A stretch of DNA of 64,000 nt from Balanoglossus misakiensis. Taxonomy: Eukaryota > Animalia > Hemichordata. Below the pieces are notes generated by a model. That model saw only the letters and a list, made by a program, of their open reading frames with translations. It made no database searches and had not been told where the DNA came from. The DNA lies in contig CM082585.2 in assembly GCA_040954595.2 (NCBI GenBank), forward strand, positions 7,341,808 to 7,405,807, in the 5' to 3' direction. A program made the position numbers and the translations under genes. Shown here piece by piece: positions 28,601-43,500 of the stretch; within the stretch, counting starts at the first letter, position 1; every line of letters starts with the position of its first letter.

Positions 28601-31600
28601 CAAGTGCAGCCTCTCACCTGAGCAAGTGACAAACTGCGGTGTTTTTTTTTTCTTTTCTGGCCGGGTTCCCCCCGGTTTTTAAAGGGTTGAGCGCTCATGC
28701 AAGTCTGTATAAATACCGAAGGGGGTACATGCATAATCATAAGCAGTGGGTGTGCAGCGGTCCATTGACTGGGAGCGAAACATAGTTGTGTTACATCCTC
28801 TGCTTTGTGATACAGCCATTTCGTTCATGGTTACAAGCGACGGTTACACTCAATGACTCTCCCATCCATCACAGTAAATGGTTTTCTTCTCCCTAAAGAT
28901 TGAATACTGTCTATCCATTTACGCTACTCACCATTGACTGACAGTCAAGGTGAAAGACTTGGGAAGATTTTTTTTACACTTTGAATTTTGAAAGCTGTCT
29001 CCAGAGCTTGCCTGAAAGGAATTGCAGGTATTGAGACCAGAGTAAATGGTTCTTTCATATCATGCAGGTGTACATAAGTTTTCATTTGACAGCGTACAGG
29101 TCACAGTGTACTTCATCGGAAAACTCTGTTCACTGTGTCATTGAGATTTCTGGCATCACCAAATTTGAGCTCTGAGGAAGCCCTCTCTCTTTTACACACA
29201 CTACAATTGGCAGGATCAATAAAATCTTGAAAAGTGATAATTATGCATGAATTGGTAGTATACACAAGTACACACACCAGACAGACTTGTATACTAAACA
29301 CCTTTCCAGGAGATCAATGACCCCTTGTGTAGCTAAGCACGCTATCGTCACTCACAAATGGTTCCTACACATGGTTTCTAAACGTCGTTACTGATTCAGT
29401 CGAAGAGCAGATGAGAGAGAGACTGTTCTATTTCCAGCTACACTGCAATTACAAAATCATTTGTTGTCATGTTTTCATACACTTACACGGATGCACACCC
29501 GTATTTGGGTTTTTCGTTTCTCAAGAGGCATCAAGAGCAGCTTTGTTTGGTCCATGCGATACTTCAATCTGTGTACGCGTCTGACAAATGACCCGAGAGT
29601 GACCTTCACTGCTCACTTGCTTGGAATTATGATCAGACTGGCTCACCACGAGATTTATGAAATGTTCCGTACGTCTTAAGTTTATGAAATATCTCTCTTC
29701 TGAAAACAAGACATTTTTCACCCATTTACTGACAAACAAGCAAAGAATCGTTTGTGTTACTAGGTTTTCGAGTCTTGAAAGACGTTGCATTTCATAATGG
29801 TTTGAAAGGGGAGGACAACAAGTGTATAGGCATAAGTTCATCTGTTGTAAATAGTTTCGTGTCTCTAGTGTATCTCTTTAAAGAACGACTCAATAAACCG
29901 TCTGCCGCCCCTCATTCATTCCGGAGTCATTCAGGTTATCTGTGAAAGCAGGAAAATTCTGATTTTATGGCAACCCAGTTTCAGTACCAGGGGGTCATTA
30001 GCCTGTCGTGTAAACTGGGTTGATCAATAGCTTGTCTTGCAGGGAGTCTGATTGCAAAGTACTTGTAGCGACACAGGGGACAGATTGGCGTGGTCCTGTA
30101 GGGACTTGTCCTCACAGTTCGCAGTCAGGACAGGCTGTTAGGGAGGTCCGAGGAGTGATGACCCATACAAACAGGGGTTGCGGTCAAATAATGTAGCAGA
30201 GAGCTGGGGGTCACATGTTCCCTGAAACCCTGGAAAGTCCAGGAATTTCAAACCAATCACTGAAATTGCATGGAAGTCCGGAAGATAAGAGTGAAATTTA
30301 CTCCCTGAAACCTCTCATAAACTGATTCATTGCAAGTTAAAATGTTGATTGGTCTGCAAAAAACATGTACCATCACTGTGTGGTCAATCCTGGCAAATGG
30401 CAATTATGATGCCTTAAATCTCTGGGAAAATCACAAGGAAAACTTGCAGAAAGTTCTGGAATTTTGAATAATTCCCCTGGAGAGCAGTCACACCAGGATT
30501 GTACAAACACTACTATGTCTAGAAACCTCAAGGGATCGGTCAAAGGAATTATTCAGAATAAAAATGAGTTTGAGTGTCAGGAACAATAGCAAGCGTGCAG
30601 TGGAAACAAAATCTATGGGAAAACGGAGAATGGCAGAAAACAGCCCAATTAAAGTGTAGCAAAGTGTAAATTGCCTAAGGCCGATAAGTAGAGAATAAAC
30701 TGTATGTAGTTTGCCTGAAGTGGTGAACTGATGTTTAATACTGGCAAGTAAGGTCTTTTCAGGTGAACTCGTCATGACCTATTAAGAATTATCAGAATTA
30801 GCATTAATATTAGATAAACAGTTCGGCAGTGATTGTGAATGGCATTTTGTGAAGTAAAATTGTTTTTTCTACAGTTGTGAAAGTAAAATATCAGAATTGA
30901 AATGCTTTAGAGAACTATCTAAAAATCTTTCCCTGTGCATCTGCTGTTGGAATATTCATACAACCTCCATTTCCTGTCATTAATCTGGTGCGTTTTCATT
31001 TCATGATGTAACATCACGCTGTATATAATAAATGATTGCATTTTCTGACAGTTTTATACATAGTCGCATTTTCTATATGACACAGGGTCAGAATAACAAT
31101 ATCCGTTTCCTCAGACCTTGTCAACAACTTCCTGGCCATTGAAAAAGACGTGTCTTATTGTACCTTTCTTTTTGTTCCACTTTGGCAGTTTTCAGAAGTA
31201 AAAGTTCTTTTCTAAAACCTAAATGGAGTCATTCACAAGCTCTTTGAGCGATCTAAATATAGAGTTTGAGGGATAAGAAGTTTGGAGGGAATGTTCTTGG
31301 TGCTGGCAAGGCCGGAATTGAGAAGCCAAGAGTTGTCATGCTCGTTTATGTCAGGGTTGACAAAGCTTGTTACTTTAAGACGTTTTTACACATCCACGCC
31401 TGTCATAAACAAAGTACTTAATGTTGCCCGTCTGTATTACGAGAGAATAAGTCTTGTTTTGATTGGAATGGTACATAGTGTTGTTGAGAGGTGTGTTAAG
31501 CTATAAACGTACGGGTGAAAACTACAGCAATGTCTGGACAATTTACCCGCATGCGACAAATCTCGGTGGAAAAAAAAATGCCCATCATCAAAAAATGGTG

Positions 31601-33566
31601 GAATCGCCCCTCAAGTAGGTGCGAAGCGAGGAATAAATCCTGTTAATTTTGTTAAACGCCGGCAATAAAACGGAATGTGCTGCTTTTCCGTTCAGCCTGA
31701 GTCGCGGAATGGCCATCGGTGGGATTTGTCGCTTTGAAGTGTGTCAATCTCTGCTCTGACTCAGAAAAACAAAAATATGATCGTCATAAAGGGCCTCGGA
31801 ATAAACTGCCGCTAAAACGCTAACAGTGCTGTAAACTTTTATGCAACTGTACTTTTAATTACAGACGTGTGTGTCAACCTATCAGCACACCTACCGGAAC
31901 GACCCCAAACTGAGCAAAGTCGGTCGGGAACTGAAGATAGTTAAAAACTGGAGTATCAGGCAATAGGTTCTCGATGCATTTGATATTCCAAAAAGCATTG
32001 TTGGTGAATGCAATAGAGCCATCTGGTCCCCTTTCTGCTCAATTTGATGTGTCTGTCCCTTGAATATAAACATTCAAAGAGTGGTTATTGATGATTACAA
32101 AACATATGTCGTAATAGTAATACTTAACTCGCCCGTAAGAACACCTGTTCGATTGTGAATTACCTGGAACTAACACAGCCCCCAGTAGCTGTTTGCTTTG
32201 AAATATTTTTTGCACGATGATGTCAACTGCTCGTAAGCTGTATCACTGATGCGAGATTATTACAAGTCAAAAGCCCTTCATACCAGAGGTTTTATCCAAG
32301 ACAATATTAAAAATAAATATGACTGCATTGATATACCAAGGGGATCCAAGGTAAAATTGTCTGGAGAACCCTGGTGACATTTACCTGGGTATTCCCTTAA
32401 CAAAACCAATGACTCAGACCACATCGGTGTATCACACATACTGGCGTAAAACTCCTACAATTGTCCATATTAAACAGCAAGTATCACGTTAATAGATGAA
32501 TTTTAAAATACATGGTAAAAGCAAGTTGAGACCCAGTCAACATATGAATAAATCTGTCAAACTATGCTTTCCGTTTTGTCAGTCAGGAAAATAAAATTGT
32601 AAAAATACAATGTACAGTAAAAATGATGATACATACCATTCCATGAACAGTTGTCTCTGAAATGGAGGAGATCAATTGTGCTAACAGCACAGTTAGTTTG
32701 CCCAGTCAATCACCTGTTCCACACACACACAAAGTTCTGTGGAACCGGCTGGTTTTTCTGTCAAGGGGGCAAGGTTGCGTCTTCATCCATGCGTGTATAT
32801 TTACATCACGTTCTGAAGACCGGGGTCTCAACTATATAGAACGTAAACTGGGCCATTAGAACCCGTGTTCCTGAGTGGTACCACACTGTGCAGACAGTTC
32901 TGACAGTCGTGGTCTTTTTCTTCATTCATGGGAGCCTGGATCTGCATCAATCACAGACATCATCTGTTCATTTTCCTTTCATTTAAAGAGAACTCTCTCT
33001 GTGTATAGCTAACACCCCTGAATTCGGCGGCAATGGAATGATCCATGTATGCCTTACAGTGGGTCGGCTTATTGTGGTGTTGTACGATAGGTGCAAGTCT
33101 GTCATCTTTCACTGGTGCGTGCATGTAATCAGGATTTTGATTTGTGGGTGTGTGTTGTTGTTTTTATGCGCTTGCTGTTTTGATGTTTGGTCGGGTTTTT
33201 TTGCCCTTTTTTCTCCCGATGTTAGAATCAATTACATGAGTAACAGTTTCCCCATCTCACCCATACGGTTAGTAGCCAGTTTATTGCCACTGTAAAAACA
33301 CAGACACTTACTCTGCAGCAAGTGTAATCTTTTTTCATGTCATTTTATGTGGCGGCTTTGCAGGCCAATGCACTCTGTTGGGACCTGTTGCTATGGTTAC
33401 TGCGAGACAAAACTCAGGCCGCAAAGGATGCGGCCTTTTAATACGCCAGAAATATATAAAAAAACAGTTTCAGACAAACTGTAATTCTCATTAAATATTA
33501 TTTAACTTTTTGGATAAGAATGAATGATGATATTATTTGAATGTTGAATTGTGTCGGATACATGTA

Positions 33567-33817
33567 CAGTGAAACCTGCCTATTAAGGACACCTCTGGGA
33601 CCAGAATATCTGTCCTTATTAGAGAGGTGTCCTTAATAGATGGGTAATATTCTATTCAAACTGTGACTTTTGTCTTGAAAAATCTGTCCCCTAATAAAGA
33701 GATGTCCTTAATAGATTGGTAATATTCCGTTCAAACCGTGACTTTTGTTTCGAAAAATCTGTCCTTAATAGAGAGGTGTCCTGATTAGAGCGGTGACCGT
33801 AATGACAGGTTTCATTG
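33567..33817. mobile_element. Tc1/mariner-superfamily (pogo/Tigger-like) MITE with internal ~74-bp tandem repeats
   Basis: TA|CAGTGAAACCTGCC ... GACAGGTTTCATTG|TA; ~26-bp imperfect TIR, TA duplication, repeated tctgtcc-taat-agagaggtgtcc units. Confidence 0.8.
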
Positions 33818-34892
33818 TATTTAGAGCTTGGTTGACGTCATGATTGGGGTGTGCGTGGCGTGTGCTCCAGCAAAAGATAAAAACGCTGCAACAAACAATC
33901 ACATCTCCCAGCGGTAGGTTGCGAAAATGTGACGGAAAGTCATACTGGCCCACTTCAGCGAAGATCCCTCCTGGAATGACAATATCCGGTAGCCGGGATT
34001 TGTTACACACACTGTCAGGACAGATTCCAATTCAACGCGGATAAGTGAGATAAAGTGCAACCGGGAACGGTGTATAGGAAATAAAATAGGTGTCGTGTTC
34101 CATGGGATCTGTGGCATGGTTATCCGAAGGCATTATTTCCAGAAAAGTGATATTTGCTATTTTGCGGGTTTTTTATACATGTGTATAAAATAACTCAGTT
34201 TCAATACACTGAAGAATTGTAATTAACTATAAGTCGTGCAGAGACAGGGTTTAGATTTACAAGGGTTACTTGGGGCATCCAACATAAAAGGTGTACTAAT
34301 ATAATCTTCGACGGTATTACCAAAAGTCGGCTTAAATCTGCCCTATAGAAACCCAATGCTGGCTATTACAGTTACACTTCAGAGTGCTTATATGGTGTAC
34401 ATGTACCTTGTGCTTTCTCTGTGAGAATGAGAAATAATATAGAGATGGAAATCCATTTTGGTAAATGTTTTGTAAGCCCACCAGATATATTTTTCTATCT
34501 GCATGTATCTGTTAATGTGGAGCTGCACCTCAAAAACTGTGCAGTTTCTTTCTGAGCAAAGAGCAAAGTGACTTGTAGTCAGTTTCACACAGCGTTGTGT
34601 TTAGTGATGTGAGCCAATACAGCTGAGAGTAGGTTTAACGAAGCAGTGCGATTCAACAACGGGCGATTCAACCTTTTGGCTTCTCTCATGAATGTGTTGG
34701 CATGGAAGAGAACATGAGAAACTACTGACAACTTTAAACTTAATTTTTCATTTCAGTGACTAAAACCGAACTCGAGTCTGTTCGAGCGGCAAATTGTCAC
34801 TTGAATGCAAAATTGGTAGACTTGGACAGGTTGTCATAAAAATGATTATTTCTATAAGATGAAAAATAATTGATGATGTCATTCTCTTGTAG

Positions 34893-35009
34893 GAAGCAAT
34901 TAATCTGCTGGAACCGATGACCAATGATCCCGTCAACTACGTCAGACAAGGAGCTTTCATCTCTTCAGCCTTGATTCTCGTACAGCAAAATGAAGTCACA
35001 TCTCCAAAG
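34893..35009 (+). CDS. PSMD1: PSMD1 exon [39 protein letters not shown]
   Basis: Acceptor ctcttgtag|GAA and donor AAG|gtaagt; 117 nt, phase 0/0; continues the previous exon exactly. Confidence 0.97.
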
Positions 35010-37184
35010 GTAAGTACCCTTACCGGAAGTGCGCCCCAAACACACCAAATGTTACAGATACTGTCCCTTGCTTATCAACACCACTACATGAACTGGCAGT
35101 GCTGTTTTTAATTGAATTCAGGTCCAGGCTTGAATTCATTGATATATTTGTGGAATAATTATGAAAACTATTATAAAGAAGGCTGTTCAGTAATTGTCGT
35201 TTCAAGAGCAATTGATATTTTCCCAATAGAAGGGCATGCATCACAGATTTGTAGAAAAAATTACCGGTATTTCGATTTTAATATATACCGAAGTTGATGT
35301 TTACCTTTATGTCTGCCAGTGCAGTCAAGACTTTGAAAAGGAAATTACGACTTGTTGGGATACCGTAACCACGTCATCTGTTCTTCTATTCACAATTCAT
35401 CCAAATGACTTTTGGCCTTTCAGCCCAAAATTTTCATCAAACACGATTTTGCAGTTTCTAAGAAATACCGCTAATATTCTTGTATGGCCTAGGGGGTTAG
35501 AGACGACACTCTTCCTAATGCATAGCCTAGGGGGTCGGCGTTGCACGTCGCCGTCGTGCGTTCAAGGCTCGTGTGAATTCAACGGCAAGGGAAAACACAA
35601 CGGGGGAAATTAATTCTTAAACTTGTGCGTCAGTGGCGTGCTACGAAGAAAGGGAAAGCAAAGCATTGCCATGGATACTGCGCGATTTTGTTTTCCGGCT
35701 GTAAGGAAGAGTGTCAATAAAAAATGAGAATTGTCAGTTGGTCTGGTCAAGTATAGACCACTCTGTGAAGTGATGCGTGGGTGAACGTCATTCAGAAAAT
35801 GTTAAAATAACACGTCCTGTTTCCACGTGTCTGGCCAATTTGTATAAAGTGCCATCATCATGCAGAGATATTTTCATTCAAATTGATATTTTTTTATAGT
35901 TATTTAACTTTGAACAAATATGACTTAATAGTATTTCATATGATGTATACTTCCTGTGTTTATCCATTTTTAATTTTTACAACAAAAAAGGAAATTTAAA
36001 ATTTTCCCCACTGTTAATTAGGTATTCTTGTTCTGAATGTTTACTGAGTCAACTTGACATTTTTCATCCCTTAATTGTTTGCTCAAAGTGGGGAAGTAGT
36101 TGTTAAATGTCTGGTCTGCAATTAATCCAAATCTTTTCAGGCAACAATATAGTAGTTCTTGAAGCCTGGATGTCTGATCCAGACATATAATGAACAGCCA
36201 ATGACCACCTTTGAAACTCAGACCTATTCCAAAGTCAGAAATGGCTGATTTTTATATCAACACTGTTCTTTCTACTGGTCATGTTTTGGCTGTATTCTAT
36301 TTCAGCAGAGTAAACAGCTCGCAATATTCAAGTTGTTATGCCAGATTCAATATCTCAAATGCAGTTTCGAATTGCTACCAAACTCAAGGGGAAATATGAA
36401 TGCAATTGTACTAGTGAAATGATATACACACAAGAATGAATATACCAGTGAAAATGAAAGTTTAAATGACCCTCACTTTTCTGAAATTATGTCCTTCAGC
36501 ATGGCATGTCACAGCCATTCAGATCACAAAGGGAGTTTGCAAATTGTTGGGAAATTATAACAACTTTGGCAATTCAGTTGGGTGTGTCAATGGCACAGTG
36601 CGTCACTCGACAGTTTGATGACGAAAAATGCCCTGGCAGTAGTAAAGCCTCCCTCTTTTTTGTTTCGTTTCTACCATTCAAGAGGCAGATAGTTCAAAAC
36701 CATCAACTAAAATAATACTCCGATCACACACACACACAAAAGTTTCTGAATGTAGCAATGTCTGCCAAAGCGCAGTTGGACAGACGCCACATACTGTTAC
36801 TGTTTCACAAATAATGAACTTTTCATGTACACTACCGCCATACTGCTGTCATTTTTCTCTGTGACACAAGAACCCTGCTTTTCAAGTACGCACTCTTCAC
36901 ACAGAAAACTTCTGAATAACTCACCTGGGGAATGTGGGAATGTCCTATTAACAGTCATTTTCTCTGACTAGTCTCCATTCTAATCTTGCACACACAATGA
37001 AATTATTATATTTTTTTTGTATATAAGCTCATGTGACCCAGTTCTGCTCGACAAACTAATGCTTCTTTTCTACGCAGGTAGTGTTTTTCGCGCACGAGAT
37101 GAAAGCCAGCCGTTTCGCTGTGTGTTTCTCTACAATCGCTTCGAAATAACAAACACAGCATAATTTCTATTCATGGTTTTCCAG

Positions 37185-37287
37185 GTTGCAACTTTCCGCA
37201 CTATGTATTCCAAAGTGATCTCGGATAAACACGATGATGTTATGGCAAAGTTTGGAGCCATTCTAGCCCAGGGTATCATCGACGGAG
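37185..37287 (+). CDS. PSMD1: PSMD1 exon [34 protein letters not shown](G)
   Basis: Acceptor ttttccag|GTT and donor GAG|gtcagt; 103 nt. Not in the ORF track, translated by hand; contains the [18 protein letters not shown] motif of Rpn2. Confidence 0.96.
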
Positions 37288-37438
37288 GTCAGTAAACTCT
37301 TTTCTTCTCGCTCTGACAGATCAGATAATTATTTCTGATTTTTTTAATGATTTCAAGCAAAGAACGGTTAATGGCGTCTGTAATGAAAGATTTACGAAAA
37401 AGTGAGACTTCAATTGTCAAGGTATCTGCTAGATTTAA

Positions 37439-37524
37439 CCCTTTCACCACTATGGTTTAGTCCAAGTCTATTGTTTTCTATGGTAAACCTGGACCTCTTA
37501 AAGAGGGAACTGGGGGTGAAAGGG
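37439..37524 (+). mobile_element. piggyBac-like MITE (86 bp)
   Basis: TTAA|CCCTTTCACC ... GGTGAAAGGG|TTAA: perfect 10-bp TIR, TTAA duplication, CCC/GGG termini. Confidence 0.8.
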
Positions 37525-40500
37525 TTAAAGCAACACAATCACCTGCGAAGATTTTGCCATGGATGCTTTAGACACGGGGGAGATCTAACCAATCACTGAT
37601 TTTCAGTTGGGGGGACAAACAAAAATCACATGGTCACAAGTACACCTAGACACACCCATTTAACCATATATGGGCATATGCAAATTAAAGGTGCCTATAG
37701 GTAGTTTTTTTACTTTCTCTCAATCCAATAAATTGCTCTTAAGTGGTGGGAACGATTTAGCGATGAGTGTCTATGCCAAGAAACAGCTGTTCTGTCATTG
37801 AAGGAAAAAAGCTGTGTTTTGGGGAACGTTGTATCAGATGATGTATGCTACCGGTTTCATTTTCCATTGTATTTCCGTAGATATACATAAGTGTATTGAT
37901 AAAAACCTGGAACATGGCGATCCCTCACTGATTCTGTCACAGGCTTTTCCTGCAGTCAGAGTAAATTTTAAGTTCATTTGATCTTTGTAGAAAACCGTAC
38001 AGGAAGTTGAGGCACATAAAAGTATGATTTATCTATTTCCAACAAATAAAACTTTGTCAGCAAAGACATTGAAATTGTCTTTTTCATCCTGGTACTACAG
38101 CTACTTCTGTGACATCTTGTCCTCATTATTGTATTTTCAGGAATAACCTAAATATTTTATTCTCTCCCGACAACAGACCATTAAACTGTAACTGATAGGA
38201 TGTGTTTCCGTTTCGTTCATCTGTGATATTAAACAATTGGCAATTTTCAGTGAGCATCCCTGCCGGTGATTTGCGGCAAATACATCCCCCCCCCCCTCCT
38301 CCCATCCTCACACCTTCCTCACTTAGCGATGAATAGCAGGCCCCACCCCTTTGCCCTGTCCCCCGGGGGATTGTATATTTTTTTACTAACTACCTAATTT
38401 GATTCAACGCGACAGCCACTCGGAAACATAAAATCACAGCTGACATGTTCTGGCCCCAATCACATTATCTGTCTGTGGTGTATTTTTAAGTGGATGGTTG
38501 ATATCATCAACCACCGAGATTGATTATTGTGAAATGTCCATTAGAGACGGGAGTAACAGATGCCGGGGGCAATTTACAGATGGACTTTGTCACAATTACT
38601 TCAGCCTTGTCTTGCAAAGTGTTTTATCACGAACGGGGGAAATAGTGTAAAGCGAGTTCGCCTGGAGCGAGCCAGTTGTTGAAATGCGGTCTGCTAATTT
38701 GAGATGCGGCTGCTTTTGATGAGTGACCCGTGTGTTTTCTTCAAGGTGTTATTTTGTTTGGTTTGGAGACTGCTGCTAATACAGTTCTGGAAGCTGCAAC
38801 TGAAATTTTCCTGATAATGTGTGTGCTTTTGGTGAGGTGTGCATTTATGAACTTTACGCTCGTCAAAGGAATACATGATCGGAAAATCAGCGAGGGGGAT
38901 GTTTATTTCTGGTACGTCCCAGAAAATGGCCACTGATTCTCACTTGGTATTGTAGCCCAGGGGATGCAGAATACGATGCAGAATGATGGCACAACTAGGG
39001 GGGCAGAGATTGCTTGTGTTGAGAAATGCACAGAAGCATGTATGCATTATGCATAATGTACACATACATGTTCATGTGCACATGCTTATCATGATTATCA
39101 AAGTACATATAACACAGAATCTGGCAATTTCAGAGATCTCATCCACTCTAGGGGAAAATGTTTTAATCCCATGAAGAAAAACATAAAATTTTAATGGTGC
39201 ATGCCACAGCAAGTATAAAATCGAATAAAAAACAGCACCTTATAAAGTAGCGGAGTCATAACGCAGAGTCCTGTAAATTATGATGTTTGTGAATGCATGT
39301 AAATTTATGCGAACCATGCAAAGTTGACATCAAATAAAGTTTTAAGTGTGTGACGTGGTGGCTTTGATCATCGCAGAATCTAAAGTAGTCAGCCGTGCTG
39401 ACGCCGAAATTTGTGATCTGTATCTGTGTCACATTGAAACTGAAACGGTGCAACGCCATGGCGGTTTTACAACCTCCGTAACGCCACTATATTCATTACA
39501 TACTTTTAATTATTCATAAGTGGTGGTCACCACAGCAGTAGCTGCTAAACGTCTGGATTTTTCGTGTACTGTGATTGTCATCGTTGTAATTTTATTACTT
39601 GCATATTCCCTTGCCTGCTGACTCGGCCTGTTGTGATTGGTTGTTGTTTGTGTTTAACACTATGTCTGCATGCGATTGGCCGATCGATACAGTCAGGTTC
39701 ACAGTTAGTTGATAATAGGCTATACTCCGGTATAAAATGTTGCTCGCAGAATACTGTTCTGTTCTATGGGAAATACACGCAGGATTAGTCACATGATAGC
39801 CGTACATATAAATACACGTGAGTGCGTGGGTTCATAGGAATACATGTATTTCTGAAGACGTTTTTCTCATGTGGTTTTGTTTGTACCGTCCGTGGTGCCT
39901 TAAAATAATGGGTTTCTCCTGTCGCTTTCAATGTGTTCGTTCCATTATAATACTCTTCTTTGATTAAATATCTTTGATGGAAATATCAAGGTGTTATTTG
40001 AAGTCATTCTGAAACCCCACTGTGTGTTCTATCTAAACACTTGAGTGAGTCAATTCTTGCTATACCTACACGAGCTATGTGTATTTAATTACAATAGAAT
40101 TACTAATAATGTTCCAGACCCGCAACACCTCGTCACCAGTAAGCTGACTATAATTAAAAACCAAGGTTTTCAGTTTGTTTTGAATTATCTTACGTATATT
40201 CCGACATATTTTACATTACTCGGTATTTAAGATACAGAGGCAGCTGATATTGATCTGAGCAAAATTTTGAGCTGGGCAAATATTAATTCAACAGAAAGTT
40301 GAAGAAATTTTACCCTATATATGTACAATTGCGATCACTAATTCTTGACAAGTGAGAAACAAACTGAAACGCCATCATTTTCCACCCAAGGCACTTGAAG
40401 TTACAATAATTATAACATGATTTATGAGACCAATAAGTTCCTTTCTATAAACTTTTTTTGTCATCTCAGTGGGGCATTTTACTGACTTGTTTTGATTTAA

Positions 40501-43500
40501 ATGCATCAGTGGGTTTATTTTGATTTGAATGGTTGAAGGTAACCTAGTTTGTGTGAGTTGATAGACTGCCAGCAAAACAATGGTTTGGTGTTTTCGGGAT
40601 TTGATTCAAGACCTAGTGGCTAATTATCGTGTGTGGCACTGTAGTGGTATAGTTATTATAAGTTTCCTATGAATGGTGGAGATACATGTATCTTTGAATT
40701 TACTATTGAATGATGATTATACGGACACTGTCAATGAGATTATATATATCATGATGCTACTGTCCCTCCACCATTGAGTACACGCTGTCCTCCCCTGCAG
40801 CGCAAATGGCATCAACCGTCAACTCAGCCAAGTACAAATCATACGAGGATCACGACTTGCCGAATTCGCACACTTGTGGCAACATCATGAGAAAAATTGC
40901 ATCTTGAGCGATAAAATAATGGTGACCCGCTGGTCTTTGCTTTTAATACTTGCCGGTGCGAAGTCATTCTATTAATAGATTTCTCCGAGGAGAGAAGATA
41001 TTGATTTTGATGTTGATATTGGAAGGAAAAAAATGCGGTATTAGATGCCCAGAGTGAAAAGACCTTCTCATCAAAATTGAACACCGGTGACGTCACTCCG
41101 AGGCCTCGCTTGTCCTCATTTGAAAGCAAAATGAATAACGGAATTCATTAAGTGTATGAACAGTTTTGGCAAAAGACTTCGCAAAGTCATTCTTCTATTA
41201 AAGGGACAAAGCTGTCATTCTTCTATTAAAGAACAAAGCCGCTCATTTTTTATTTATTTTCGGTTATTTTATTTTGATAGTCTATTTTTTTTTATGATGA
41301 TCTACCCAAGTAACATGTGCAATGACGTGCTGTCATTGCCCGGTTTATAACCCAAACATGGACATTTACACGTGAATACTTCCATGGCTTAATTTTTGGT
41401 CAGTACTAAAAATTACATTGTATTTATTTTTGAGTGTTGCATATGCAAAGTAGCATGGGGAATAAACAGAAGTTCTGCCTGAATAAACTCAAAGAGACAA
41501 AGTCGGTGGTAAACACAAGCTTATAGTACTTTGTGATGTGTGCAAAAACTTCGGTGGAGGCCCGTGTCAACGACCTGTTGAATCTAGCGATAGCCGTGGG
41601 ACTCAGACTCTTAGATTGTTGTCAGTTCATTTGTTCTGAAAATAATTCCTGTATCAACTGACCCAACAAAGGAGAACAGAAAACATCTCATTGATTAACT
41701 TGTTTCGCCGTGAGCAATAATATCCATTTCTGGTCGTCACAAGCAAAATGTTTGCAGGTTACTTGAGGAAACTGTCCTCATCTGTTGGTTCGAAATACTT
41801 GTTATTGCAAGCAGTGATCACAGCTGCAGAAAAATTTGAATGGCTGTGGAATTATGCTTTTATTTTAATGTGAAGAGGGGGGGGGGGTGTAACGCAAAGA
41901 AACCCAGTCTTCATATACCTGCTTAGACTGACGTGACACAAAAGCATTGTGCCTTGTGGTTTCTGTGAGACGTTTCGTTTAGCTATCATCCAGTGTAACC
42001 AACAGGTGGCTATACATTACATCAAATCTGCCATCCTCTGATGTAGAGAAGGCAATCTAGTTTTAATTGTGCCATATTGACATTATTAGATTCACATTTA
42101 ATTGGCTAGCAGGTTAATTTTGATAAATAGAGTAGAGCCAAGGTTTAGATTTGAACTTGAAAATACAAATTAATTTTCAATGAAAGATTGTGTTGTTTCA
42201 ACCTTCACTGACCAGCAGCACTTTCTTTTCCACACAGAAAGGACAAATAATTTAATTTGCTGCTTTAATTTCTTTTTGTGATTGAGGAATCTTAATTTCC
42301 TCAGTTCAAGGATTATTTCTACAAAAAAATAACGCTTTGGGGGATGATCCAGTTACCAAGGGCGCTTTGAGGAAAGAATTTTCTCGCAAACTCAAGGCTG
42401 TGTTTGTGCCCCCACGCACTGCAATTGGTCGAAGATAGCGGCACATTTCATCTGGAATACTGTTTCTGATTCTTGGTTGTATGGTTTCCCTGAAATGTTA
42501 ACTTTACTCTCACGCACATTCCATCACAAATTCATTTTGCTATGAGAATAATGGCTGTATCGTGTAATAGGTAGAAATTCAAAGGATATCTGAGATAACT
42601 GGAAATTATTTGAAGGTCAACAAATTAAAAAGGTTGGAGTGTCTGACCTTATAAATGAAATAAGCAAGGAGAAACGATATCATCAATTTGTGTCGGCTTT
42701 ATTACGATAAATGACAAATCTCAACACGTTTACAGAGATGTTACCCAGAAACCAGCAGGAAGACAAAATCAATTTTCCATTTCCGAGAAGCCTACGTTCG
42801 CTTTGATTTCCAAGAATTGGTGTCAAGTACACACTTATAAACTAAGTCAATTCTTCTTCGTGAAGTGAATGTATTATCAATATCACAAACGCAAGATGCA
42901 CCACTGAGATGTCTTGAATTTAATAACGATCACCCTTGCAGTTGCCTCAAGTTTATCATTGTGGGGCTTTTACAAATCAAATTAATCAAAAACGACCATC
43001 GGACTCTTATTAAAGCTAAGGTTAAAAATGAAATTTGTCCCTGTGGGTGTTCGTTCTGACAGTGTATATCCATTTTCCCCCATCTGAGAGAAAACTCTCT
43101 TTGCGAAGCTATATACCAGTCGAAGAGCAAGAAATCAAAAACTGGTAATTTTAAAGAATTACTATAGTTCATATAGTTCTGAAAAACACTAAAGCCTACT
43201 CATATTTAAGTGTTTCCTAAAGCACTATACATGATGCAGATAGAGACTACGGTAAGCAGGGCAATTTGTCACAGTCTTTGTGAATTGTCAATTCCGGCGT
43301 TTCCAAGCACTGTAATCTCTCATTACTCGGTGATTGATAATATACCACAGCCAAAACGAACATGGTCTAACTAAATGATGAAAAATAAACCTATATCCTG
43401 CAATTAATCCATGACACTTTAGTTTTATGCAATGATCTTGGTATTACAGACTACAGTCGGGAGTTTTGTTAAAAATGGAAGGGATGGCCAATTTGTGAGA

